Assembly (NCBI GenBank): GCA_028871195.1
Contig: JAGWNT010000005.1
Span: forward strand, 947 to 64,946
DNA: 64,000 nt
Reading direction: 5' to 3'
From: Rhodospirillales bacterium
GTDB lineage: Bacteria; Pseudomonadota; Alphaproteobacteria; Acetobacterales; Acetobacteraceae
Shown: positions 1-8,831 of the stretch, one piece after another
How positions within the stretch are numbered: position 1 is the stretch's first letter
Layout of the letters: every line of letters starts with the position of its first letter
Position numbers and translations under genes: made by a program
Notes under the pieces: model-generated
The model's database searches: none
What the model was told of the DNA's origin: nothing
What the model saw: the letters and a program-made list of their open reading frames with translations, nothing else

Positions 1-850
1 GGTCGAGCCGCGGATCGAGCGCGTCGCGCAACCCATCGCCCACAAAGTTGAAGCCGGTCACCGCAAGGGTGATGAACAAGCCCGGCAGCAAGGCGAGCCA
101 GGGCGCGGTGGAGAGATATTCCTGCGCATTGTTCAGCATGTTGCCCCAGCTCGGGGTCGGCGGTTGGATGCCGTAGCCGAGGTAGCTCACATAGGCTTCC
201 AGCAGGATGGCCCGGGCGACATTCAGCGTCGATGCGACAACGATCGGGGCAATTGCGTTCGGAAGCAGCTCGCGGAACATGATGTGCGCATCCGAGGCTC
301 CCAGTGCCTGGGCCGCGACTGCGAAATCGCGCTCACGCAACGAGCGGATCTGCGCCTCGACGACGCGCGCCACCTCCATCCAGGCCGTTGCCGCGATAAC
401 CAGTGTGATGGCCAGAAGGTTGGGCTGCACGAACGCCGCCAGGGCCAGCAGCAAAAAGATCGAGGGAAAGCAGAGGACGGCATCAACGAAGCGCATCAGG
501 GCCGTGCCGACAATTCCCCCGAAATATCCGGCAATTGTTCCAATGAAGGTTCCGATGACGGTGCTGATCGCCATGGCCGCGAAGCCGACGGTGAGCGACA
601 CGCGCCCGGCCGTCATGAGGCGCGCGAGCAGGTCCCGTCCAAGCTCATCGGCCCCGAAGATATGCGCCCCTGAAAAAGGTTCGGCAAAGCGGTGCCGGAT
701 GTCGATACGAAGGTCATTGTAGGGCCAGAGATACGGGCCGACGGCGCAGAGCAGGACCAGCAGGACAATGGCCGCCAGGCCGAACAACGCCAGACGGTGG
801 CGGACAAATCGGGCGAGGGCGCGGTTGTACGTCCGCCGGGATGAGGTCAT
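1..850 (-). CDS. ABC transporter permease, DppC/OppC-like (3' end runs off the left edge)
   Basis: Absent from the ORF track because it has no in-window stop. A reverse-strand ATG at 848-850 gives MTSSRRTYNRALARFVRHRLALFGLAAIVLLVLL. Bases 482-541 read GTIAGYFGGIVGTALMRFVD and bases 2-61 read VTGFNFVGDGLRDALDPRLD, the conserved C-terminus of family-5 ABC permeases. The frame is consistent over 283 codons. Confidence 0.85.
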   Translation of the reverse strand, partial: MTSSRRTYNRALARFVRHRLALFGLAAIVLLVLLCAVGPYLWPYNDLRIDIRHRFAEPFSGAHIFGADELGRDLLARLMTAGRVSLTVGFAAMAISTVIGTFIGTIAGYFGGIVGTALMRFVDAVLCFPSIFLLLALAAFVQPNLLAITLVIAATAWMEVARVVEAQIRSLRERDFAVAAQALGASDAHIMFRELLPNAIAPIVVASTLNVARAILLEAYVSYLGYGIQPPTPSWGNMLNNAQEYLSTAPWLALLPGLFITLAVTGFNFVGDGLRDALDPRLD

Positions 851-898
851 GGAAGCGTTCGTGCTGATCTGTGCGGCTTCGGCCATGCAATCATGCCC

Positions 899-1849
899 TC
901 AATCGAGCCGGATGCGCGGATCGGCGACCGCATAAAGCACGTCAGCAAGCAGGTTCCCGATGAGCACGAGGATCGCGGAGAACATCAGAATTCCCATGAC
1001 CACCGGATAGTCGCGGTAGCCGATGGAATCCAGAAACAGCCGCCCCATGCCGGGCCAGGTGAACACGGTCTCGGTCACCAGGGCTCCGGACAGCAATGTC
1101 GGCAGTTGCAGGCCGGCGATGGTGATCATGGGCAGCAGCGCGTTGCGGATGGTGTGGCGAATCAGCACCCGGCGTTCCGGCACGCCGTTCGCGCGCGCGG
1201 TGCGGATATAATCCTGGTTCACGACCTCGAGCATGGAGGCGCGCATGTAGCGGCTCCAGATCGCGATCGTGACAAGGGCGAGGACGAGCGACGGCGCGAT
1301 CAGGTGCCGCGCGTAGTCGAGAAATGACCCGTCGCCGATTGTGTAAAGATTTCCAGGTGGCAGCCACGCCAGCTTGACCGAAAAGATATAGATGACCACG
1401 AGGCCGAACCAGAAGGTGGGGACCGACAGCGCGACCATGGCGCCGACGGTGGCGAGATAGTCAAACACGGAATAGCGGCGAATGGCGCCCAGCACGCCGA
1501 CCCAGGTGCCGAGCAGAAGGGCGATGATGGTCGAGCTCACCATCAACTCGAGGGTTGGCCAAAGATGGGCGCCGATGACGGACAGCACCGGCTGGCTATC
1601 GCGGTAGGACCGCCCCCACTCGCCAACCAGCATGCGCCGGAACCACTCCCAGTATTGCACCGGCAACGGCCGATCGAGCCCCATCTGGTGCGCAATCACC
1701 TTGAGCTGCGCCGCCGTCATGCCGGGGATCAGCGTAAATTGCGCGAGCGGTCCGCCGGGCGCGAGGTGCAGCACCGCGAACCCGATGATCGAGACCAGCC
1801 AGAGCAGCAACAGGTATTGCGCCATACGACGAAGAAGGAAGCTGCTCAC
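899..1849 (-). CDS. ABC transporter permease, DppB/OppB-like
   Basis: 316-aa ORF. The N-terminus MSSFLLRRMAQYLLLLWLVSIIGFAVLHLAPGGP and the multi-TM profile are typical of DppB-type permeases. It sits 48 nt upstream of the next permease on the same strand. Confidence 0.9.
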   Translation of the reverse strand: MSSFLLRRMAQYLLLLWLVSIIGFAVLHLAPGGPLAQFTLIPGMTAAQLKVIAHQMGLDRPLPVQYWEWFRRMLVGEWGRSYRDSQPVLSVIGAHLWPTLELMVSSTIIALLLGTWVGVLGAIRRYSVFDYLATVGAMVALSVPTFWFGLVVIYIFSVKLAWLPPGNLYTIGDGSFLDYARHLIAPSLVLALVTIAIWSRYMRASMLEVVNQDYIRTARANGVPERRVLIRHTIRNALLPMITIAGLQLPTLLSGALVTETVFTWPGMGRLFLDSIGYRDYPVVMGILMFSAILVLIGNLLADVLYAVADPRIRLD

Positions 1850-1875
1850 CGCGCCGTACCTGCCGGGTTATTCTG

Positions 1876-1909
1876 GCATGCGGAATGGCGGCACCGCCAT
1901 CCCGCATGC
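1876..1909 (-). other. Intercistronic near-perfect 34-nt palindrome (stem-loop) between the SBP and permease genes
   Basis: GCATGCGGAATGGCGG-CA-CCGCCATCCCGCATGC forms 16-bp arms with one mismatch. It lies in the 80-nt spacer between the SBP stop (1930) and the permease start (1849). Confidence 0.5.
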
Positions 1910-1929
1910 TCTCATTGGCGCTCGCGCCG

Positions 1930-3618
1930 TCAGGTCGCCCAGTACCATGTGTTCACATTCCACGTGTTGACGGACACGTAGACGCTCGGCGCGTAGCCGA
2001 CCAGGCCCTTCTTTGTGCCCTCAACCGTGGCGTACTGGAAGATCGGCAGCAGCGGCATGTCCTGCCGGATGATCTCGGCCGCCTGCCAGTAATTCTTCTG
2101 CCTGACGGCGCGATCGAAAGTCGTTGCCGCTCCCAGCAGCAGCTTGTCCACCTCCGGGTTCGCATACTCCATCGTATTCTGCCCTGCCCCACCCTTGGCC
2201 GGGATGGCGGTGCTGAGGAAGAACTGCGAGACATCCGGATCCGGCCCGGTCATGAAATCCTCGCCGACCATGACGGAATCGTACTGGGACTTGTTGAAAT
2301 AGTCGCCCCATATCACCGCGGGCGGCATATTCTTGATCTTCATCTCGACGCCGATATCGTGCCAGTTCTGCTGCAGAAGCTGCTGGGCCTGCTCGCGCAC
2401 ATGGTTGCCCGCAGTGGTGGAGTTCTGGAAGCTGAGGCGCACCCCACCCTTTGCCCGAATCCCGTCCGAACCCGGTTTCCAGCCCGCCGCATCAAGCGTC
2501 GCCTTGGCTTTGGCCGGATCATAGGCATGTGGCGCGACATGCGGATTGAATGCCCAGGACTGGGTGGGCAGATAGGTCGATGTCGGCTTCGGCAAACCGT
2601 AGTAGATTTGCTCGATGATGGATTTGTTATCCATGCCGTAATAGAGCGCCTGCCGTACCGCACGGTCCTGGAATTGCGGTTTCGAGAGGTTGAGCATGAT
2701 GCTCTCGATGAAAGGCGCCGGCCCGACAACAACATTGCGGTCCGTCAGCTTCTTCGCCTGCCCGTAATGGTCCGCGGTGATGCCCTGAAGACCGATGTAA
2801 TCAATCGCGCCGGTCTGGAACTGCGTGAACATGACCGTCAGATCTGGAATGTATTTGAAGATGACTTCTTCCAGATAGGGGCCGGTGCCGAAGAAATGCG
2901 GATTCGCCGCAAGGGTGATATGGTCTCCGGGCACACGCTCCTTCCACATGAAGGGGCCAGTGCCGACGGGCGCGTTGTTGAATGGCGAGGTGTTCGGGTC
3001 GGCCGCCTTGCCGAGGATGTGGGCGGGGACGATGAAGGTCCAGCTCAGGATGGAGACGAAGGGCGCAAACGGCTTCGATATCTTCCAGGAGACCTCGGTG
3101 GGACTCTCCACCTTGATATCTTCCATCAGCTCGTATCCGCCACGAGACCACGCGCGGAATTTCGGATTCTTCAAAAGCTCGAAGGTGAACTTCACATCAT
3201 CGGCGGTGAACGGCGCGCCATCGTGCCATTTCACCCCGGGGCGCAGCTTCACCTTCCACGACAACCCATCCTTCGACAGGCCGCCATTTGCAACCGTCGG
3301 CATCTCGGCGGCGAGCTGCGGCACAATCTCGCCGTTCTGATTGGCGATCCAGAGCGGGCTGAACAGGTTCCAGTAGATGCCCTGATCCACCTCGATATGA
3401 GGCATCAGCGGATTGAAAACCGTCGGCTCCTGCGAGAAGCCGATGATCACATGCCCCGTCGGATGGGCCGGCGGCTTGGTCTGTGCCTGCGCGGAGACCG
3501 GCCGGACCAGGCCTGCCATGCCGGCGGCGACACCGGTGCCAAGCAACTGCCGCCGGGAAAGCCCGTGCGCGGCATTCATAAGAAACTGCCCAGATTTGCG
3601 GAAACTGTCATTGGTCAT
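1930..3618 (-). CDS. ABC transporter substrate-binding protein, family 5 (peptide/opine/nickel type)
   Basis: Family-5 SBP-like sequence with a Tat-like signal (SRRQLLGTGVAAGMAGLVRPVSAQA). I prefer the ATG at 3618 (MTNDSFRK...), which follows AAGGAGG plus 5 nt, over the ORF-track start at 3672. Confidence 0.9.
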   Translation of the reverse strand: MTNDSFRKSGQFLMNAAHGLSRRQLLGTGVAAGMAGLVRPVSAQAQTKPPAHPTGHVIIGFSQEPTVFNPLMPHIEVDQGIYWNLFSPLWIANQNGEIVPQLAAEMPTVANGGLSKDGLSWKVKLRPGVKWHDGAPFTADDVKFTFELLKNPKFRAWSRGGYELMEDIKVESPTEVSWKISKPFAPFVSILSWTFIVPAHILGKAADPNTSPFNNAPVGTGPFMWKERVPGDHITLAANPHFFGTGPYLEEVIFKYIPDLTVMFTQFQTGAIDYIGLQGITADHYGQAKKLTDRNVVVGPAPFIESIMLNLSKPQFQDRAVRQALYYGMDNKSIIEQIYYGLPKPTSTYLPTQSWAFNPHVAPHAYDPAKAKATLDAAGWKPGSDGIRAKGGVRLSFQNSTTAGNHVREQAQQLLQQNWHDIGVEMKIKNMPPAVIWGDYFNKSQYDSVMVGEDFMTGPDPDVSQFFLSTAIPAKGGAGQNTMEYANPEVDKLLLGAATTFDRAVRQKNYWQAAEIIRQDMPLLPIFQYATVEGTKKGLVGYAPSVYVSVNTWNVNTWYWAT

Positions 3619-3960
3619 TCGGACCTCCTTGCGTCGCATGGACCAGCACGTTGCTGTCATGATTCGATCCAAGCCTCAAAGACGCGAAGGTCAGATCGCG
3701 CAACCGACGGCATATGCAAAAAACTATGGTGCCGATCTTGACGCGTTGTCAATCGGCCTCAGCGGCGTTCAAGGCCTTGGCAAACTTCGCAGGATCATCA
3801 AGCAGAGCACGGCACCGCGACGTCGGGCGGCCGCGCTGTTGCGTTCCCGTTGGTGCCTCCGCGCCGCGTCGATTTGCAGCCCGTGACGGCGTGCGGCCCG
3901 ATTGACTTCATGGAGACGCGGGCTGAAGCTGGCCGTGTCACGATATGCAAGGCGGTTTCC

Positions 3961-5289
3961 ATGGGACCTGTCGTTGATCAGGTGCGGTCCGACGCGCAGG
4001 CACCTGCGCATACCGGCGTCGTGGTCATCGGTGGCGGGATCATCGGAGTCAGCACGGCCTTCTTCCTGGCGCAGAAGGGTGTGCCTGTGGTGCTGTGCGA
4101 GAAGGGCCATATCGCCGGCGAGCAATCCAGCCGCAACTGGGGCTGGTGCCGCAAGATGGGGCGGGATCCGCGCGAGATCCCCCTCGTGATCGAGAGCCTG
4201 CGGCTCTGGGCCGACATGAACAAGGTGACCGGTGCGGAGACCGGGTTTCGCCAGACGGGCCTGCTGTTCCTTTGCGAGACGGACAAGGACGTCGCGGCGA
4301 ACGAAGCCTGGCTCGAACATGCGCGCGCGCATCAGCTGGACACCCGCATGATCACGGCGGCCGAAGTCGAAAGCCTTGCCCCGGGTGGCGCAATGCCTGT
4401 GAAAAGCGCGCTGTACACGCCGAGCGACGGGCGCGCCGAACCGCAGAAGGCGGCCCCCGCGATTGCCGAGGCCGCACGCCGGATGGGCGCCGTGATCCTT
4501 ACCGGCTGTGCCGTTCGCGGCGTCGAAACTGCCGGCGGAAAAGTGGTGGGGGTGGTAACCGAGAAGGGGCGCATCGCCTGCGATGCGGTGGTGCTGGCGG
4601 GTGGCGCATGGTCGCGGCTGTTCTGCGGCAATCTCGGCGTGCGGCTTCCACAATTGAAGGTCCGCTCTTCGGTGATGCGGACCGAGCCGCTGGACGGCGC
4701 GCCGGAGGTTGCCATGATGGGCCACGCCTTCGGCGTGCGCAAGCGCCTCGATGGCGGCTACACCATCGCCAATCGCGAGGCGAACATCGCCGAGCTCGTG
4801 CCGGACAGTTTCCGCCTGTTCTTCGACTTTCTGCCAGCCCTGCTGGCGGAATGGCGGACGCTGCGGCTGCGCCTGGGTTCGCGATTTCTCGCGGAATGGA
4901 ACACGCCTGGAAAGTGGCCGCTCGATCGGCCATCTCCGTTCGAGGCCATGCGTGTGCTGGATCCGGAGCCGGCCAAATCGATCAACACGGCGGCGCTGGC
5001 TGCGCTGGCGCGGGCGTTTCCGGTGTTCAGCCAGGCCCGCATCGCACAGCAATGGGCCGGGATGATCGACGTGACCCCCGATGTCGTGCCGGTGATCGGT
5101 CCGGTCGAGACCGTGCCCGGGTTCTTCATCGCCACCGGCTTTTCCGGCCACGGCTTCGGCATCGGCCCGGGCGCAGGGCGGCTGATGGCCGACCTTGTGA
5201 CAGGTGATGCGCCGGTGGTCGATCCGGCGGCGTTCCGCCTCTCGCGTTTCACGGATGGATCCAGGCCCCGCCCGACCTCAGCCGTGTAG
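3961..5289 (+). CDS. FAD-dependent oxidoreductase, DAO family (OrdL/DadA-like)
   Basis: Dinucleotide fold VVVIGGGIIGVSTAFFLAQKG followed by EQSSRNWGWCR. The C-terminus has GFSGHGFGIGPGAG. The ATG at 3961 has an upstream AAGG, and alternative starts exist at 3910 and 3850. This gene is a paralog of 14921-16297. Confidence 0.85.
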   Translation: MGPVVDQVRSDAQAPAHTGVVVIGGGIIGVSTAFFLAQKGVPVVLCEKGHIAGEQSSRNWGWCRKMGRDPREIPLVIESLRLWADMNKVTGAETGFRQTGLLFLCETDKDVAANEAWLEHARAHQLDTRMITAAEVESLAPGGAMPVKSALYTPSDGRAEPQKAAPAIAEAARRMGAVILTGCAVRGVETAGGKVVGVVTEKGRIACDAVVLAGGAWSRLFCGNLGVRLPQLKVRSSVMRTEPLDGAPEVAMMGHAFGVRKRLDGGYTIANREANIAELVPDSFRLFFDFLPALLAEWRTLRLRLGSRFLAEWNTPGKWPLDRPSPFEAMRVLDPEPAKSINTAALAALARAFPVFSQARIAQQWAGMIDVTPDVVPVIGPVETVPGFFIATGFSGHGFGIGPGAGRLMADLVTGDAPVVDPAAFRLSRFTDGSRPRPTSAV

Positions 5290-6402
5290 CGGATCCTGCG
5301 GCCCGAACCGGTCGATGCGGAAGGGTTCGAGCGGAACATCGGTCCTGCCATCCAGAAGGATCTCACTCAGGATCGCGCCGATTGCTGGCGCAAGCTGAAA
5401 GCCGTGACCTGAAAAGCCGAATGCGTGCAGCAGGCCGGGCGTTGTGCGGCTGGGGCCGATCACGGGGATATGGTCCGGCATCTCGCCGTCGATGCCGGTC
5501 CAGCTTCGGATGACCTGTGCGCCGGCAAGGTGCGGAACGAGTTCCAAGGCCAGGTTCATGCCGGTGAGACTGACATGCGGCAATGGGCGGGCGGCCGGGC
5601 GGCCGGGGTCGCTCTCGCCGCGGCCGCCGCCAAAGATGACGTTGCCGCGACGGATCTGCCGAAGATAGACATTGCCGCCGACGACGCCGAGATTCGGCTC
5701 GATCACATAGGGCAGCGGCTCGGTCACCAGCATGTTCGGACTGAGCGGGCTGACCGGGACGGGTTCGCCGAATGCCGCCGCGACCTCGCCACCCCAGTAG
5801 CCTGCGACATTCAGCAGCGCGGGGGCACGGAAGGTTTCGCCCGCCGCCTGCACGGTGAATTGAGCGCCGTCATGCGCAAGCCCGGCCACGGCCGAATTTT
5901 CACGAATCACCGCTCCGGCCGCGCGCGCCGCCCGCGCCAGCGCCGGCGCAAGCAGGCGCGGATTGGCGACGCCGTCATCCGGCGCCAGTGATCCGGCGAC
6001 GATTGTGGGACCGAGCCAGGAATAGGCTTCGTGGATGGCATTGCGGCCGATCATGCGTAGCGGCAGGTCATGCGCCTTCGCCACCTCCATGTAGGCAACA
6101 AGATCGGCCTCCTCGGTCGCGTTGCGGGCCAGCTTGAGATGTCCGGTCGCCTCGAACTCGCAATTCGTCCCGATCAGCGCCGGCAACCGCCCCCAGATCT
6201 CACGGGCACGCCGGGCGATCGGCAGCTCCGCCGGGTGGCGGCCCTGCTGGCGCACCCCGCCATAATTAACGCCGGAGGCCTGTCCGCCGACCAGCCCCCG
6301 CTCCAGCAGAACGCAGCGCACCTTGCGCAGCGCCAGATGCAGCGCGGCCGAGCAGCCGGCGCCACCACCACCGACGATCAGGACATCCGCTTGCGTCGTC
6401 AT
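5278..6402 (-). CDS. FAD-dependent oxidoreductase, beta-type subunit (sarcosine oxidase beta / OoxB / HcnC-like)
   Basis: 374 aa with VLIVGGGGAGCSAALHLA and C-terminal FGFSGHGFQLAPAIG. Its start overlaps the upstream alpha-subunit stop (ATGA at 6399-6402). Confidence 0.85.
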   Translation of the reverse strand: MTTQADVLIVGGGGAGCSAALHLALRKVRCVLLERGLVGGQASGVNYGGVRQQGRHPAELPIARRAREIWGRLPALIGTNCEFEATGHLKLARNATEEADLVAYMEVAKAHDLPLRMIGRNAIHEAYSWLGPTIVAGSLAPDDGVANPRLLAPALARAARAAGAVIRENSAVAGLAHDGAQFTVQAAGETFRAPALLNVAGYWGGEVAAAFGEPVPVSPLSPNMLVTEPLPYVIEPNLGVVGGNVYLRQIRRGNVIFGGGRGESDPGRPAARPLPHVSLTGMNLALELVPHLAGAQVIRSWTGIDGEMPDHIPVIGPSRTTPGLLHAFGFSGHGFQLAPAIGAILSEILLDGRTDVPLEPFRIDRFGPQDPLHG

Positions 6403-7775
6403 GGCGCCGAGCCCGGACTGCGAGGCATGATCGGGATGGGCTTGACCGGCGGCTGACCACGCAGGCGACCAACCGATTCAAGCGGACACGCGAGCGCCGC
6501 CGCGAGAACTTCCGCCGCCGGAGGGCTGCACAGGCGCCCCTGGCAACGCCCCATGCCGATCCGGCTGAGGGCCTTCGCACGATTCACCTCCGCGGCGGGC
6601 AGGGTGGTGCCGGCGCGGGCGGTGGCCCGCAACTCTCCTGCCGTCACGGATTCACAACGGCAAAGGATGGTCTCGTCCGGCATGGTGGCGGCGAGCCGGG
6701 CGGGAAAAGGAAACGCCGCATCCAGGGCCGAGCGGAACGCCCCATGGCGAGCCAGCGCCGCATCCAGCCGAGTGACTTCGCCGTGATCCACCGCCAGGCC
6801 GCGTGCCGCAACGATGGCCCAGGCGCCCCGCGCTCCGGCAAGTTCGGCGACGTCCGCACCCGCGATCCGTGCACCATCCCCGGCCAGGAAGATGCTCGGG
6901 TTCGCGGTGGCGCCGCTCGCATCCTGCTGGGGGAGGAAGGCGCGCTGCGCGGCATTGAACGCAAAGGGCACGCCGGCGAGATCGGCCAGCTGCGTCTCCG
7001 GCTTGAGCCCCCAACCGAGTGCCACCGCGTCGCAGGCGATCTGCTGCTCGCTGCCGCTGGTGCGGATGCGCAAGCCATCCACGGCCTCAGAGCCCAGGAT
7101 CGCGAGCGGCGTCGCACCTTCGATGATTGGAACACCGTGGGCGCGCAGCCAGCCAACGTAGTAAAAGCCCTTCGCGAATGTCGCTCCGCCGCGCAGCAGA
7201 CCGGGCATGGCACGAAGCTTCGTCGTGAACGCTGTGGTATCGACCACCGCGGCAACCGTGGCCCCGGCCCGCGCGTATTGGTAGGCAACAAGCCAGAGCA
7301 GCGGGCCGGTGCCGACGAAGGCAACGCGGTGGCCGATGGCGCAGCCTTGCGCCTTCAGCGCGATCTGCGATCCGCCGAGGGAGGTGACACCGGGAAGCGT
7401 CCATCCGGGAAGCGGGACAATGCGATCCGTCGCGCCGGTGCACAGCAGCGCGTGGCCGAACGGGACCTCTCCCATGTCCCCTGCGTGGCTGGTGAACAGG
7501 ATATTCTGGCGGATGTTCCAGACCAATGTCTCGGGGCGGAATTCGATGTGCGGACGCAGCGCGTCGAATGCGGCGTGCAATGCGCGGGCCTTGGCCGCCT
7601 CGAATCCGTACAGCGTCTTGTCGGTGCGGGTGAAGCCCCTCGGTGGGCGCTGATAGATTCTGCCGCCGGAATCGGGGGCCTCGTCGATCACCACCGGGCG
7701 CAGTCCCGCGCGCACCAGCACCTCGGCCGCGCGCGTGCCGGCGGGGCCGGCGCCAACAATTGCGACATCCGTCAT
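6399..7775 (-). CDS. NAD(P)/FAD-dependent oxidoreductase, alpha-type subunit (OoxA/HcnB-like) with a C-terminal BFD-like [2Fe-2S] motif
   Basis: True start is MTDVAIVGAGPAGTRAAEVL at 7775, so the ORF-track N-terminal 121 aa are spurious. A second Rossmann fold is VAFVGTGPLLWLVA. The C-terminus has CRCESVTAGELR...GMGRCQGRLC. ATGA overlap with the gamma-gene stop at 7772-7775. Confidence 0.85.
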   Translation of the reverse strand: MTDVAIVGAGPAGTRAAEVLVRAGLRPVVIDEAPDSGGRIYQRPPRGFTRTDKTLYGFEAAKARALHAAFDALRPHIEFRPETLVWNIRQNILFTSHAGDMGEVPFGHALLCTGATDRIVPLPGWTLPGVTSLGGSQIALKAQGCAIGHRVAFVGTGPLLWLVAYQYARAGATVAAVVDTTAFTTKLRAMPGLLRGGATFAKGFYYVGWLRAHGVPIIEGATPLAILGSEAVDGLRIRTSGSEQQIACDAVALGWGLKPETQLADLAGVPFAFNAAQRAFLPQQDASGATANPSIFLAGDGARIAGADVAELAGARGAWAIVAARGLAVDHGEVTRLDAALARHGAFRSALDAAFPFPARLAATMPDETILCRCESVTAGELRATARAGTTLPAAEVNRAKALSRIGMGRCQGRLCSPPAAEVLAAALACPLESVGRLRGQPPVKPIPIMPRSPGSAP

Positions 7776-8044
7776 GACCGAACGATCCGCATGTCGGCCG
7801 CGATGTAGGTCGTGCAGGCGCGTTGGCGGCCTGCCCCCTCCACCGTGACCCAGCAATCCTGGCACGCACCCATCCAACAGAATCCGGCGCGGTTTCCACC
7901 ATCGAACTCGCTGCGGCGAACATGGTCCGAATTGGCGAGGATGGCGGTGAGCAGCGTATCCCCGGCCAGGGCCGAGGCCGGCTGCCCGTCCAGCACGAAG
8001 GCGATGACGGGCCGGGCTGTTTCGGCAAGGCGTTTGAGCTTCAC
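7772..8044 (-). CDS. (2Fe-2S)-binding small subunit (HcnA-like, gamma type)
   Basis: Cys motif FCWMGACQDCWV...RACTT. The start is either a GTG at 8044, giving a GTGA overlap with the SDR stop, or an ATG at 8065. Confidence 0.8.
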   Translation of the reverse strand: MKLKRLAETARPVIAFVLDGQPASALAGDTLLTAILANSDHVRRSEFDGGNRAGFCWMGACQDCWVTVEGAGRQRACTTYIAADMRIVRS

Positions 8045-8781
8045 AGCATGTCTTCCCGCCGGCAATTGACCAGCAACTCCGCAATGGCGGCGTTGTTGGA
8101 CAGGCGAAGCACGGTCTCGACGAGCTGGGCAATGTCACCTGGCTGCGTCATCTTCTCGCGCGCCCAGGTGGTGACGTCGGCGGTCATATCGGTGGCAACG
8201 AAGCCCGGGCATAGTGCCGTCGCGCGGATCCCCTGCTCCCATCCGGTGCGCCGGATCGCATGGGTGAGCGCCACGAGGGCGAACTTGGACATCGCATAGC
8301 CGATATTCTCGTTCGCCACGCGCTTGCCGGACAGTGAGGCGATGTTGACCACGCGGCCCTCGCCACTACGCGAGAGATAGGGCAGGGCGAGGCGGACAAG
8401 CCGCATCGGGCCCTTCACGTTGACGGACCACATGCGGTCGAGCGCCGTCTCATCCTCGTCCACAAGGGATGCCATCGGGTTGATGCCCGCCGCATTCACC
8501 AGGCCATCGATCCTGCCGAATCGCTCATGCGTGGCGGCGATCCAGTTCCGGGCGCTGGACAGGCTTTCCGCGTCATACCGATGGGCGAGGAGGCGGTCGG
8601 TGCCGTCGAGGCCGCGCGGGTCGCGCAGACCGGCGGAGACGAGAAAGCCCGCCTCGACCAGGCGGGTGACGACGGCGCGGCCAATCCCGCGCGATGCCCC
8701 CGACACCATGATGACGCGCCCGGATGGATCTAGCACGATGCCGTCTCCTGTTGCATGGCCGTCCGAGATTGAGCTCGGCAT
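8041..8781 (-). CDS. SDR-family oxidoreductase
   Basis: 246 aa counted from the ATG at 8781 (MPSSISDGH...). Motifs are VSGASRGIGRAV, NAAG and the catalytic YAMSK. The ORF-track extension to 9321 is Arg/Pro-rich and spurious. Confidence 0.85.
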   Translation of the reverse strand: MPSSISDGHATGDGIVLDPSGRVIMVSGASRGIGRAVVTRLVEAGFLVSAGLRDPRGLDGTDRLLAHRYDAESLSSARNWIAATHERFGRIDGLVNAAGINPMASLVDEDETALDRMWSVNVKGPMRLVRLALPYLSRSGEGRVVNIASLSGKRVANENIGYAMSKFALVALTHAIRRTGWEQGIRATALCPGFVATDMTADVTTWAREKMTQPGDIAQLVETVLRLSNNAAIAELLVNCRREDML

Positions 8782-8831
8782 CGGATCGCCATAACCTGAG
8801 CAGATGATTGACCGGTTTGCACAGGCAGGCA

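Noticed and set aside
5278-5289. 12-bp 3'-end overlap of the convergent genes 3961-5289 and 5278-6402
   Set aside because: The overlap is real in the sequence, but short convergent overlaps are common in compact high-GC genomes. I see no associated structure or motif worth a separate claim.
5278-8065. Calling the gamma-alpha-beta unit hcnABC (cyanide synthase), since it has the same gene order as hcnABC
   Set aside because: Gene order and cofactor motifs are shared by opine and D-hydroxyproline dehydrogenases as well. The beta subunit (374 aa) and the ABC/opine-like context do not specifically support HCN synthase. No symbol was assigned.
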